Below are positions 27,101 to 40,600 of a DNA stretch of 64,000 nt, in pieces. The notes under the pieces were generated by a model. The model was not told where the DNA came from. It saw nothing but the letters and a program-made list of their open reading frames with translations, and did not search any database. The position numbers and the translations under genes are program-made. This DNA is from the human T2T-CHM13v2.0 reference genome, Homo sapiens. The stretch lies in the NCBI RefSeq assembly GCF_009914755.1, contig NC_060933.1; one strand, written 5' to 3'. Each line of letters opens with the position of its first letter. Position 1 is the first letter of the stretch.

Positions 27101-30100
27101 CGTCACAGAACTGAACACTCCCTTTCATAGAGCATGTTTGAAACACTCTTTCTGTAGTATCTGCAAACGGACATTTCAAACGCTTTCAGGCCTATGGTGA
27201 GAAAGGAAATATCTTCAAATAAAAACTAGACAGAAGCATTCTCAGAAACTTATTTGCGATGTGTGTCCTCAACTAACAGAGTTGAACCTTTCTTTTGATA
27301 CAACATTTTGGAAACACTCTTTTTGTAGAATCTGCAAGTGGATATTTGAATAGCTTTGAAGGTTTCGTTGGAAACGGGAATATCTTCATATAAAATCAAG
27401 ACAGAAGCATTCTCAGAAACTTCTCTGTGATGTTTGCATTCAACTCATAGAGTTGAACACTTCCCTTCATACAGCAGGTTTGAAACACTCTTTTTGTAAT
27501 ATTTGGAAGTGGACATTTGCAGCGCTTTGAGGCCTATGATGAAAAAGGTAATATCTTCCCATAAAAACTAGACAGAAGCATTCTCAGAAACTTGTTTGTG
27601 ATGTGTGTATTCAACTAACAGAGATGAACCTTTCTTTTTACAGAGCAGTTTTGAAACACTCTTTTTGTGGAATCTGAAAGTGGATATTTGGATAGCTTTG
27701 CGGATTTCGTTGGAAACGGGATTACATATAAAACCTAGAGAGAAGCATTCTCAGGAACTTCTTTGCGATGTTTGCATTCAAGTCACAGAACTGAACATTC
27801 CCTTTCATAGAGCAGGTTTGAAACATTCTTTCTGTAGTATCTGCAAGCTGACGTTTCAAGCGCTTTCAGGCCTATGGTGAGAAAGGAAATTTCTTCAAGT
27901 AAAAACTAGACAGAAGCATTCTCAGAAACTTATTTGCGATGTGTGTTCTCAACTAACAGAGTTGAACCTTTGTTTTGATATGGCATTTTGGAAACACTCT
28001 TTTTGTAGAATCTGCAGGTGGATATTCGGATAGCTTTGAAGGTTTCGTTGGAAACGGGAATATCTTCATATAAAATCTAGACGGAAGCATTCTCAGAAAC
28101 TGCTTTGTGATGTTTTCATTCAAGTCACAGAGTAGAATGTTCCCTGTTATATACCAGGTTTGAGACACTCTTTCTGCACTACATGGAAGTGGACGTTTGG
28201 AGTGCTTTGAGGCCTATGTTGAAAAAGGAAATATCATCCCATAAAAACTAGACAGAAGCATTCTCAGAAACTTGTTTGCGATGTGTGTATTCAACTAACA
28301 GAGATGAACCTTTCTTTTTACAGAGCAGTTTTGAAACACTCTTTTTGTGGAATCTGAAAGTGGATATTTGGATAGCTTTGAGGATTTCGTTGGAAACGGG
28401 ATTACATATAAAATCTAGAGAGAAGCATTCTCAGGAACTTCTTTGTGATGTTTGCATTCACGTCACAGAACTGAACATTCCCTTTCATAGAGCATGTTTG
28501 AAACACTCTTTCTGTAGTATCTGCAAACGGACATTTCAAACGCTTTCAGGCCTATGGTGAGAAAGGAAATATCTTCAAATAAAAACTAGACAGAAGCATT
28601 CTCAGAAACTTATTTGCGATGTGTGTCCTCAACTATCAGAGTTGAACCTTTCTTTTGATACAACATTTTGGAACCACTCTTTTTGTAGAATCTGCAAGTG
28701 GATATTTGAATAGCTTTGAAGGTTTCGTTGGAAACGGGAATATCTTCATATAAAATCAAGACAGAAGCATTCTCAGAAACTTCTCTGTGATGTTTGCATT
28801 CAACTCATAGAGTTGAACACTTCCCTTCATACAGCAGGTTTGAAACACTCTTTTTGTAATATTTGGAAGTGGACATTTGCAGCGCTTTGAGGCCTATGAT
28901 GAAAAAGGAAATATCTTCCCATAAAAACTAGACAGAAGCATTCTCAGAAACTTGTTTATGATGTGTGTATTCAACTAACAGAGATGAACCTTTCTTTTTA
29001 CAGAGCAGTTTTGAAACACTCTTTTTGTGGAATCTGAAAGTGGATATTTGGATAGCTTTGCGGATTTCGTTGGAAACGGGATTACATATAAAATCTAGGG
29101 AGAAGCATTCTCAGGAACTTCTTTGTGATGTTTGCATTCAAGTCACAGAACTGAACATTCCCTTTCATAGAGCAGGTTTGAAACACTCTTTCTGTAGTAT
29201 CTGCAAGCGGACGTTTTAAGCGCTTTCAGGCCTGTGGTGAGAAAGGAAATATCTTCAAATAAAAACTAGACAGAAGCATTCTCAGAAACTTATTTGCGAT
29301 GTGTGTCCTCAACTAACAGAGTTGAACCTTTCTTTTGATACAACATTTTGGAAACACTCTTTTTGTAGAATCTGCAAGTGGATATTTGGATAGCTTTGAA
29401 GGTTTCGTTGGAAACGGGAATATCTTCATATGAAATCAAGACAGAAGCATTCTCAGAAACTTCTCTGTGATGTTTGCATTCAACTCATAGAGTTGAACAC
29501 TTCCCTTCATACAGCAGGTTTGAAACACTCTTTTTCTAATATTTGGAAGTGGACATTTGCAGCGCTTTGAGGCCTATGTTGAAAAAGGAAATATCTTCTC
29601 CTAAAAACCAGACAGAAGCATTCTCAGAAACTTCCTTGTGATGTGTGTACTCAAGTAACAGAGTTGAACCTTCTTTTGACAGAGCAGTTTTGAAGCACTC
29701 TTTTTGTAGAATCTGCAAGTGGATATTTTGATACCTTTGAGGATTTCGTTGGACACGGGATATCTTCATATAAAATCTAGACAGAAGCATTCTCAGAAAC
29801 TTCTTTGTGCTGTATGTCCTCAATTAACAGAGTTGAACCTTTGTGTGGATACAGCATTTTGGAAACATTCCTTTAGTAGAATCTGCAAGTTGATATTTAG
29901 ATAGCTAGGAAGATTTCCTTGGAAACGGGAATATCTTCATATAAAATCTAGACGGAAGCATTCTCAGAAAGTGCTTTGTGATGTTTGCATTCAAGTCACA
30001 GAGTTGAATATTCCCTTTTATAGAGCAGGTTTGAAACACTCTTTCTGCACTACCTGGAAGTGGACATTTGGAGCGCTTTGAGGCCTATGTTGAAAAAGGA

Positions 30101-30129
30101 AATATCTTCCCATAAAAACTAGACAGAAG
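24179..30129 (+). repeat. 35-mer HOR variant (5951 bp), copy 2
   Basis: Same structure and private SNVs as 14316-20266, shifted by 9863 bp. Confidence 0.9.
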
Positions 30130-33100
30130 CATTCTCAGAAACTTGTTTGTGATGTGTGTATTCAACTAACAGAGATGAACCTTTCTTTTTACAGAGCAGT
30201 TTTGAAACACTCTTTTTGTGGAATCTGAAAGTGGATATTTGGATAGCTTTGAGGATTTCGTTGGAAACGGGATTACATATAAAACCTAGAGAGAAGCATT
30301 CTCAGGAACTTCTTTTTGATGTTTGCCTTCAAGTCACAGGACTGAACATTCCCTTTCATAGAGGAGGTTTGAAACACTCTTTCTGTAGTATCTGCAAGCT
30401 GACGTTTCAAGCGCTTTCAGGCCTATGGTGAGAAAGGAAATATCTTCAAGTAAAAACTAGACAGAAGCATTCTCAGAAACATATTTGCCATGTGTGTTCT
30501 CAACTAACAGAGTTGAACCTTTGTTTTGATATGGCATTTTGGAAACACTCTTTTTGTAGAATCTGCAGGTGGATATTCGGATAGCTTTGAAGGTTTCGTT
30601 GGAAACGGGAATATCTTCATATAAAATCTAGACGGAAGCATTCTCAGAAACTGCTTTGTGATGTTTTCATTCAAGTCACAGAGTAGAATGTTCCCTGTTA
30701 TATACCAGGTTTGAGACACTCTTTCTGCACTACCTGGAAGTGGACATTTGCAGCGCTTTGAGGCCTATGATGAAAAAGGAAATATCTTCCCATAAAAACT
30801 AGACAGAAGCATTCTCAGAAACTTGTTTTTGATGTGTGTATTCAACTAACAGAGATGAACCTTTCTTTTTACAGAGCAGTTTTGAAACACTCTTTTTGTG
30901 GAATCTGAAAGTGGATATTTGGATAGCTTTGAGGATTTCGTTGGAAACGGGATTACATATAAAATCTAGAGAGAAGCATTCTCAGGAACTTCTTTGTGAT
31001 GTTTGCATTCACGTCACAGAACTGAACATTCCCTTTCATAGAGCATGTTTGAAACACTCTTTCTGTAGTATCTGCAAACGGACATTTCAAACGCTTTCAG
31101 GCCTATGGTGAGAAAGGAAATATCTTCACATAAAAACTAGACAGAAGTATTCTCAGAAACTTATTTGCGATGTGTGTCCTCAACTAACAGAGTTGAACCT
31201 TTCTTTTGATACAACATTTTGGAACCACTCTTTTTGTAGAATCTGCAAGTGGATATTTGAATAGCTTTGAAGGTTTCGTTGGAAACGGGGATATCTTCAT
31301 ATAAAATCAAGACAGAAGCATTCTCAGAAACTTCTCTGTGATGTTTGCATTCAACTCAAACAGTTGAACACTTCCCTTCATACAGCAGGTTTGAAACACT
31401 CTTTTTGTAATATTTGGAAGTGGACATTTGCAGCGCTTTGAGGCCTATGATGAAAAAGGTAATATCTTCCCATAAAAACTAGACAGAAGCATTCTCAGAA
31501 ACTTGTTTGTGATGTGTGTATTCAACTAACAGAGATGAACCTTTCTTTTTACAGAGCAGTTTTGAAACACTCTTTTTGTGGAATCTGAAAGTGGATATTT
31601 GGATAGCTTTGCGGATTTCGTTGGAAACGGGATTACATATAAAACCTAGAGAGAAGCATTCTCAGGAACTTCTTTGCGATGTTTGCATTCAAGTCACAGA
31701 ACTGAACATTCCCTTTCATAGAGCAGGTTTGAAACACTCTTTCTGTAGTATCTGCAAGCTGACGTTTCAAGCGCTTTCAGGCCTATGGTGAGAAAGGAAA
31801 TTTCTGCAAGTAAAAACTAGACAGAAGCATTCTCAGAAACTTATTTGCGATGTGTGTTCTCAACTAACAGAGTTGAACCTTTGTTTTGATATGGCATTTT
31901 GGAAACACTCTTTTTGTAGAATCTGCAGGTGGATATTCGGATAGCTTTGAAGGTTTCGTTGGAAACGGGAATATCTTCATATAAAATCTAGACGGAAGCA
32001 TTCTCAGAAACTGCTTTGTGATGTTTTCATTCAAGTCACAGAGTAGAATGTTCCCTGTTATATACCAGGTTTGAGACACTCTTTCTGCACTACCTGGAAG
32101 TGGACGTTTGGAGCGCTTTGAGGCCTATGTTGAAAAAGGAAATATCTTCCCATAAAAACTAGACAGAAGCATTCTCAGAAACTTGTTTTTGATGTGTGTA
32201 TTCAACTAACAGAGATGAACCTTTCTTTTTACAGAGCAGTTTTGAAACACTCTTTTTGTGGAATCTGAAAGTGGATATTTGGATAGCTTTGAGGATTTCG
32301 TTGGAAACGGGATTACATATAAAATCTAGAGAGAAGCATTCTCAGGAACTTCTTTGTGATGTTTGCATTCACGTCACAGAACTGAACATTCCCTTTCATA
32401 GAGCATGTTTGAAACACTCTTTCTGTAGTATCTGCAAACGGACATTTCAAACGCTTTCAGGCCTATGGTGAGAAAGGAAATATCTTCAAATAAAAACTAG
32501 ACAGAAGCATTCTCAGAAACTTATTTGCGATGTGTTTCCTCAACTATCAGAGTTGAACCTTTCTTTTGATACAACATTTTGGAACCACTCTTTTTGTAGA
32601 ATCTGCAAGTGGATATTTGAATAGCTTTGAAGGTTTCGTTGGAAACGGGAATATCTTCATATAAAATCAAGACAGAAGCATTCTCAGAAACTTCTCTGTG
32701 ATGTTTGCATTCAACTCATAGAGTTGAACACTTCCCTTCATACAGCAGGTTTGAAACACTCTTTTTGTAATATTTGGAAGTGGACATTTGCAGCGCTTTG
32801 AGGCCTATGATGAAAAAGGAAATATCTTCCCATAAAAACTAGACAGAAGCATTCTCAGAAACTTGTTTGTGATGTGTGTATTCAACTAACAGAGATGAAC
32901 CTTTCTTTTTACAGAGCAGTTTTGAAACACTCTTTTTGTGGAATCTGAAAGTGGATATTTGGATAGCTTTGCGGATTTCGTTGGAAACGGGATTACATAT
33001 AAAATCTAGGGAGAAGCATTCTCAGGAACTTCTTTGTGATGTTTGCATTCAAGTCACAGAACTGAACATTCCCTTTCATAGAGCAGGTTTGAAACACTCT

Positions 33101-34629
33101 TTCTGTAGTATCTGCAAGCGGACGTTTTAAGCGCTTTCAGGCCTGTGCTGAGAAAGGAAATATCTTCAAATAAAAACTAGACAGAAGCATTCTCAGAAAC
33201 TTATTTGCGATGTGTGTCCTCAACTAACAGAGTTGAACCTTTCTTTTGATACAACATTTTGGAAACACTCTTTTTGTAGAATCTGCAAGTGGATATTTGG
33301 ATAGCTTTGAAGGTTTCGTTGGAAACGGGAATATCTTCATATGAAATCAAGACAGAAGCATTCTCAGAAACTTCTCTGTGATGTTTGCATTCAACTCATA
33401 GAGTTGAACACTTCCCTTCATACAGCAGGTTTGAAACACTCTTTTTCTAATATTTGGAAGTGGACATTTGCAGCGCTTTGAGGCCTATGTTGAAAAAGGA
33501 AATATCTTCTCCTAAAAACCAGACAGAAGCATTCTCAGAAACTTCCTTGTGATGTGTGTACTCAAGTAACAGAGTTGAACCTTCCTTTTGACAGAGCAGT
33601 TTTGAAGCACTCTTTTTGTAGAATCTGCAAGTGGATATTTTGATACCTTTGAGGATTTCGTTGGACACGGGATATCTTCATATAAAATCTAGACAGAAGC
33701 ATTCTCAGAAACTTCTTTGTGCTGTATGTCCTCAATTAACAGAGTTGAACCTTTGTGTGGATACAGCATTTTGGAAACATTCCTTTAGTAGAATCTGCAA
33801 GTTGATATTTAGATAGCTAGGAAGATTTCCTTGGAAACGGGAATATCTTCATATAAAATCTAGACGGAAGCATTCTCAGAAAGTGCTTTGTGATGTTTGC
33901 ATTCAAGTCACAGAGTTGAATATTCCCTTTTATAGAGCAGGTTTGAAACACTCTTTCTGCACTACCTGGAAGTGGACATTTGGAGCGCTTTGAGGCCTAT
34001 GTTGAAAAAGGAAATATCTTCCCATAAAAACTAGACAGAAGCATTCTCAGAAACTTGTTTGTGATGTGTGTATTCAACTAACAGAGATGAACCTTTCTTT
34101 TTACAGAGCAGTTTTGAAACACTCTTTTTGTGGAATCTGAAAGTGGATATTTGGATAGCTTTGAGGATTTCGTTGGAAACGGGATTACATATAAAACCTA
34201 GAGAGAAGCATTCTCAGGAACTTCTTTGTGATGTTTGCCTTCAAGTCACAGGACTGAACATTCCCTTTCATAGAGCAGGTTTGAAACACTCTTTCTGTAG
34301 TATCTGCAAGCTGACGTTTCAAGCGCTTTCAGGCCTATGGTGAGAAAGGAAATATCTTCAAGTAAAAACTAGACAGAAGCATTCTCAGAAACTTATTTGA
34401 GATGTGTGTTCTCAACTAACAGAGTTGAACCTTTGTTTTGATATGGCATTTTGGAAACACTCTTTTTGTAGAATCTGCAGGTGGATATTCGGATAGCTTT
34501 GAAGGTTTCGTTGGAAACGGGAATATCTTCATATAAAATCTAGACGGAAGCATTCTCAGAAACTGCTTTGTGATGTTTTCATTCAAGTCACAGAGTAGAA
34601 TGTTCCCTGTTATATACCAGGTTAGAGAC

Positions 34630-37600
34630 ACTCTTTCTGCACTACCTGGAAGTGGACATTTGCAGCGCTTTGAGGCCTATGATGAAAAAGGAAATATCTT
34701 CCCATAAAAACTAGACAGAAGCATTCTCAGAAACTTGTTTGTGATGTGTGTATTCAACTAACAGAGATGAACCTTTCTTTTTACAGAGCAGTTTTGAAAC
34801 ACTCTTTTTGTGGAATCTGAAAGTGGATATTTGGATAGCTTTGAGGATTTCGTTGGAAACGGGATTACATATAAAATCTAGAGAGAAGCATTCTCAGGAA
34901 CTTCTTTGTGATGTTTGCATTCACGTCACAGAACTGAACATTCCCTTTCATAGAGCATGTTTGAAACACTCTTTCTGTAGTATCTGCAAGCGGACGTTTT
35001 AAGCGCTTTCAGGCCTGTGGTGAGAAAGGAAATATCTTCAAATAAAAACTAGACAGAAGCATTCTCAGAAACTTATTTGCGATGTGTGTCCTCAACTAAC
35101 AGAGTTGAACCTTTCTTTTGATACAACATTTTGGAAACACTCTTTTTGTAGAATCTGCAAGTGGATATTTGGATAGCTTTGAAGGTTTCGTTGGAAACGG
35201 GAATATCTTCATATGAAATCAAGACAGAAGCATTCTCAGAAACTTCTCTGTGATGTTTGCATTCAACTCATAGAGTTGAACACTTCCCTTCATACAGCAG
35301 GTTTGAAACACTCTTTTTCTAATATTTGGAAGTGGACATTTGCAGCGCTTTGAGGCCTATGTTGAAAAAGGAAATATCTTCTCCTAAAAACCAGACAGAA
35401 GCATTCTCAGAAACTTCCTTGTGATGTGTGTACTCAAGTAACAGAGTTGAACCTTCCTTTTGACAGAGCAGTTTTGAAGCACTCTTTTTGTAGAATCTGC
35501 AAGTGGATATTTTGATACCTTTGAGGATTTCGTTGGACACGGGATATCTTCATATAAAATCTAGACAGAAGCATTCTCAGAAACTTCTTTGTGCTGTATG
35601 TCCTCAATTAACAGAGTTGAACCTTTGTGTGGATACAGCATTTTGGAAACATTCCTTTAGTAGAATCTGCAAGTTGATATTTAGATAGCTAGGAAGATTT
35701 CCTCGGAAACGGGAATATCTTCATATAAAATCTAGACGGAAGCATTCTCAGAAAGTGCTTTGTGATGTTTGCATTCAAGTCACAGAGTTGAATATTCCCT
35801 TTTATAGAGCAGGTTTGAAACACTCTTTCTGCACTACCTGGAAGTGGACATTTGGAGCGCTTTGAGGCCTATGTTGAAAAAGGAAATATCTTCCCATAAA
35901 AACTAGACAGAAGCATTCTCAGAAACTTGTTTGTGATGTGTGTATTCAACTAACAGAGATGAACCTTTCTTTTTACAGAGCAGTTTTGAAACACTCTTTT
36001 TGTGGAATCTGAAAGTGGATATTTGGATAGCTTTGAGGATTTCGTTGGAAACGGGATTACATATAAAACCTAGAGAGAAGCATTCTCAGGAACTTCTTTG
36101 TGATGTTTGCCTTCAAGTCACAGGACTGAACATTCCCTTTCATAGAGCAGGTTTGAAACACTCTTTCTGTAGTATCTGCAAGCTGACGTTTCAAGCGCTT
36201 TCAGGCCTATGGTGAGAAAGGAAATATCTTCAAGTAAAAACTAGACAGAAGCATTCTCAGAAACTTATTTGAGATGTGTGTTCTCAACTAACAGAGTTGA
36301 ACCTTTGTTTTGATATGGCATTTTGGAAACACTCTTTTTGTAGAATCTGCAGGTGGATATTCGGATAGCTTTGAAGGTTTCGTTGGAAACGGGAATATCT
36401 TCATATAAAATCTAGACGGAAGCATTCTCAGAAACTGCTTTGTGATGTTTTCATTCAAGTCACAGAGTAGAATGTTCCCTGTTATATACCAGGTTAGAGA
36501 CACTCTTTCTGCACTACCTGGAAGTGGACATTTGCAGCGCTTTGAGGCCTATGATGAAAAAGGAAATATCTTCCCATAAAAACTAGACAGAAGAATTCTC
36601 AGAAACTTGTTTGTGATGTGTGTATTCAACTAACAGAGATGAACCTTTCTTTTTACAGAGCAGTTTTGAAACACTCTTTTTGTGGAATCTGAAAGTGGAT
36701 ATTTGGATAGCTTTGAGGATTTCGTTGGAAACGGGATTACATATAAAATCTAGAGAGAAGCATTCTCAGGAACTTCTTTGTGATGTTTGCATTCACGTCA
36801 CAGAACTGAACATTCCCTTTCATAGAGCATGTTTGAAACACTCTTTCTGTAGTATCTGCAAACGGACATTTCAAACGCTTTCAGGCCTATGGTGAGAAAG
36901 GAAATATCTTCAAATAAAAACTAGACAGAAGCATTCTCAGAAACTTATTTGCGATGTGTGTCCTCAACTAACAGAGTTGAACCTTTCTTTTGATACAACA
37001 TTTTGGAAACACTCTTTTTGTGGAATCTGCAAGTGGATATTTGGATAGCTTTGAAGGTTTCGTTGGAAACGGGAATATCTTCATATAAAATCAAGACAGA
37101 AGCATTCTCAGAAACTTCTCTGTGATGTTTGCATTCAACTCATAGAGTTGAACACTTCCCTTCATACAGCAGGTTTGAAACACTCTTTTTCTAATATTTG
37201 GAAGTGGACTTTTGCAGCGCTTTGAAGCCTATGATGAAAAAGGTAATATCTTCCCATAAAAACTAGACAGAAGCATTCTCAGAAACTTGTTTGTGATGTG
37301 TGTATTCAACTAACAGAGATGAACCTTTCTTTTTACAGAGCAGTTTTGAAACACTCTTTTTGTGGAATCTGAAAGTGGATATTTGGATAGCTTTGCGGAT
37401 TTCGTTGGAAACGGGATTACATATAAAATCTAGGGAGAAGCATTCTCAGGAACTTCTTTGTGATGTTTGCATTCAAGTCACAGAACTGAACATTCCCTTT
37501 CATAGAGCAGGTTTGAAACACTCTTTCTGTAGTATCTGCAAGCGGACGTTTTAAGCGCTTTCAGGCCTGTGGTGAGAAAGGAAATATCTTCAAATAAAAA

Positions 37601-40600
37601 CTAGACAGAAGCATTCTCAGAAACTTATTTGCGATGTGTGTCCTCAACTAACAGAGTTGAACCTTTCTTTTGATACAACATTTTGGAAACACTCTTTTTG
37701 TAGAATCTGCAAGTGGATATTTGGATAGCTTTGAAGGTTTCGTTGGAAACGGGAATATCTTCATATGAAATCAAGACAGAAGCATTCTCAGAAACTTCTC
37801 TGTGATGTTTGCATTCAACTCATAGAGTTGAACACTTCCCTTCATACAGCAGGTTTGAAACACTCTTTTTCTAATATTTGGAAGTGGACATTTGCAGCGC
37901 TTTGAGGCCTATGTTGAAAAAGGAAATATCTTCTCCTAAAAACCAGACAGAAGCATTCTCAGAAACTTCCTTGTGATGTGTGTACTCAAGTAACAGAGTT
38001 GAACCTTCCTTTTGACAGAGCAGTTTTGAAGCACTCTTTTTGTAGAATCTGCAAGTGGATATTTTGATACCTTTGAGGATTTCGTTGGACACGGGATATC
38101 TTCATATAAAATCTAGACAGAAGCATTCTCAGAAACTTCTTTGTGCTGTATGTCCTCAATTAACAGAGTTGAACCTTTGTGTGGATACAGCATTTTGGAA
38201 ACATTCCTTTAGTAGAATCTGCAAGTTGATATTTAGATAGCTAGGAAGATTTCCTTGGAAACGGGAATATCTTCATATAAAATCTAGACGGAAGCATTCT
38301 CAGAAAGTGCTTTGTGATGTCTTCATTCAAGTCACAGAGTAGAATGTTCCCTTTTATAGAGCAGGTTTGAAACACTCTTTCTGCACTACCTGGAAGTGGA
38401 CATTTGGAGCGCTTTGAGGCCTATGTTGAAAAAGGAAATATCTTCCCATAAAAACTAGACAGAAGCATTCTCAGAAACTTGTTTGTGATGTGTGTATTCA
38501 ACTAACAGAGATGAACCTTTCTTTTTACAGAGCAGTTTTGAAACACTCTTTTTGTGGAATCTGAAAGTGGATATTTGGATAGCTTTGAGGATTTCGTTGG
38601 AAACGGGATTACATATAAAACCTAGAGAGAAGCATTCTCAGGAACTTCTTTGTGATGTTTGCCTTCAAGTCACAGGACTGAACATTCCCTTTCATAGAGC
38701 AGGTTTGAAACACTCTTTCTGTAGTATCTGCAAGCTGACGTTTCAAGCGCTTTCAGGCCTATGGTGACAAAGGAAATATCTTCAAGTAAAAACTAGACAG
38801 AAGCATTCTCAGAAACTTATTTGCGATGTGTGTTCTCAACTAACAGAGTTGAACCTTTGTTTTGATATGGCATTTTGGAAACACTCTTTTTGTAGAATCT
38901 GCAGGTGGATATTCGGATAGCTTTGAAGGTTTCGTTGGAAACGGGAATATCTTCATATAAAATCTAGACGGAAGCATTCTCAGAAACTGCTTTGTGATGT
39001 TTTCATTCAAGTCACAGAGTAGAATGTTCCCTGTTATATACCAGGTTTGAGACACTCTTTCTGCACTACCTGGAAGTGGACGTTTGGAGCGCTTTGAGGC
39101 CTATGTTGAAAAAGGAAATATCTTCCCATAAAAACTAGACAGAAGCATTCTCAGAAACTTGTTTGTGATGTGTGTATTCAACTAACAGAGATGAACCTTT
39201 CTTTTTACAGAGCAGTTTTGAAACACTCTTTTTGTGGAATCTGAAAGTGGATATTTGGATAGCTTTGAGGATTTCGTTGGAAACGGGATTACATATAAAA
39301 CCTAGAGAGAAGCATTCTCAGGAACTTCTTTGTGATGTTTGCATTCAAGTCACAGAACTCAACATTCCCTTTCATAGAGCAGGTTTGAAACACTCTTTCT
39401 GTAGTATCTGCAAGCTGACGTTTCAAGCGCTTTCAGGCCTATGGTGAGAAAGGAAATATCTTCAAGTAAAAACTAGACAGAAGCATTCTCAGAAACTTAT
39501 TTGAGATGTGTGTTCTCAACTAACAGAGTTGAACCTTTGTTTTGATATGGCATTTTGGAAACACTCTTTTTGTAGAATCTGCAGGTGGATATTCGGATAG
39601 CTTTGAAGGTTTCGTTGGAAACGGGAATATCTTCATATAAAATCTAGACGGAAGCATTCTCAGAAACTGCTTTGTGATGTTTTCATTCAAGTCACAGAGT
39701 AGAATGTTCCCTGTTATATACGAGGTTTGAGACACTCTTTCTGCACTACCTGGAAGTGGACATTTGCAGCGCTTTGAGGCCTATGATGAAAAAGGAAATA
39801 TCTTCCCATAAAAACTAGACAGAAGCATTCTCAGAAACTTGTTTGTGATGTGTGTATTCAACTAACAGAGATGAACCTTTCTTTTTACAGAGCAGTTTTG
39901 AAACACTCTTTTTGTGGAATCTGAAAGTGGATATTTGGATAGCTTTGAGGATTTCGTTGGAAACGGGATTACATATAAAATCTAGAGAGAAGCATTCTCA
40001 GGAACTTCTTTGTGATGTTTGCATTCACGTCACAGAACTGAACATTCCCTTTCATAGAGCATGTTTGAAACACTCTTTCTGTAGTATCTGCAAGCGGACG
40101 TTTTAAGCGCTTTCAGGCCTGTGGTGAGAAAGGAAATATCTTCAAATAAAAACTAGACAGAAGCATTCTCAGAAACTTATTTGCGATGTGTGTCCTCAAC
40201 TAACAGAGTTGAACCTTTCTTTTGATACAACATTTTGGAAACACTCTTTTTGTAGAATCTGCAAGTGGATATTTGGATAGCTTTGAAGGTTTCGTTGGAA
40301 ACGGGAATATCTTCATATGAAATCAAGACAGAAGCATTCTCAGAAACTTCTCTGTGATGTTTGCATTCAACTCATAGAGTTGAACACTTCCCTTCATACA
40401 GCAGGTTTGAAACACTCTTTTTCTAATATTTGGAAGTGGACATTTGCAGCGCTTTGAGGCCTATGTTGAAAAAGGAAATATCTTCTCCTAAAAACCAGAC
40501 AGAAGCATTCTCAGAAACTTCCTTGTGATGTGTGTACTCAAGTAACAGAGTTGAACCTTCCTTTTGACAGAGCAGTTTTGAAGCACTCTTTTTGTAGAAT

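Larger units (their letters stand above)
12045..33700 (+). repeat. Tandem duplication, period 9863 bp (58 monomers), about 2.2 copies; boundaries approximate
   Basis: Private variants recur at +9863: units 14342/24205, 15702/25565, 17062/26925, 18413/28276, 20293/30156, and the 1-bp deletion at 19810/29673. Confidence 0.93.
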
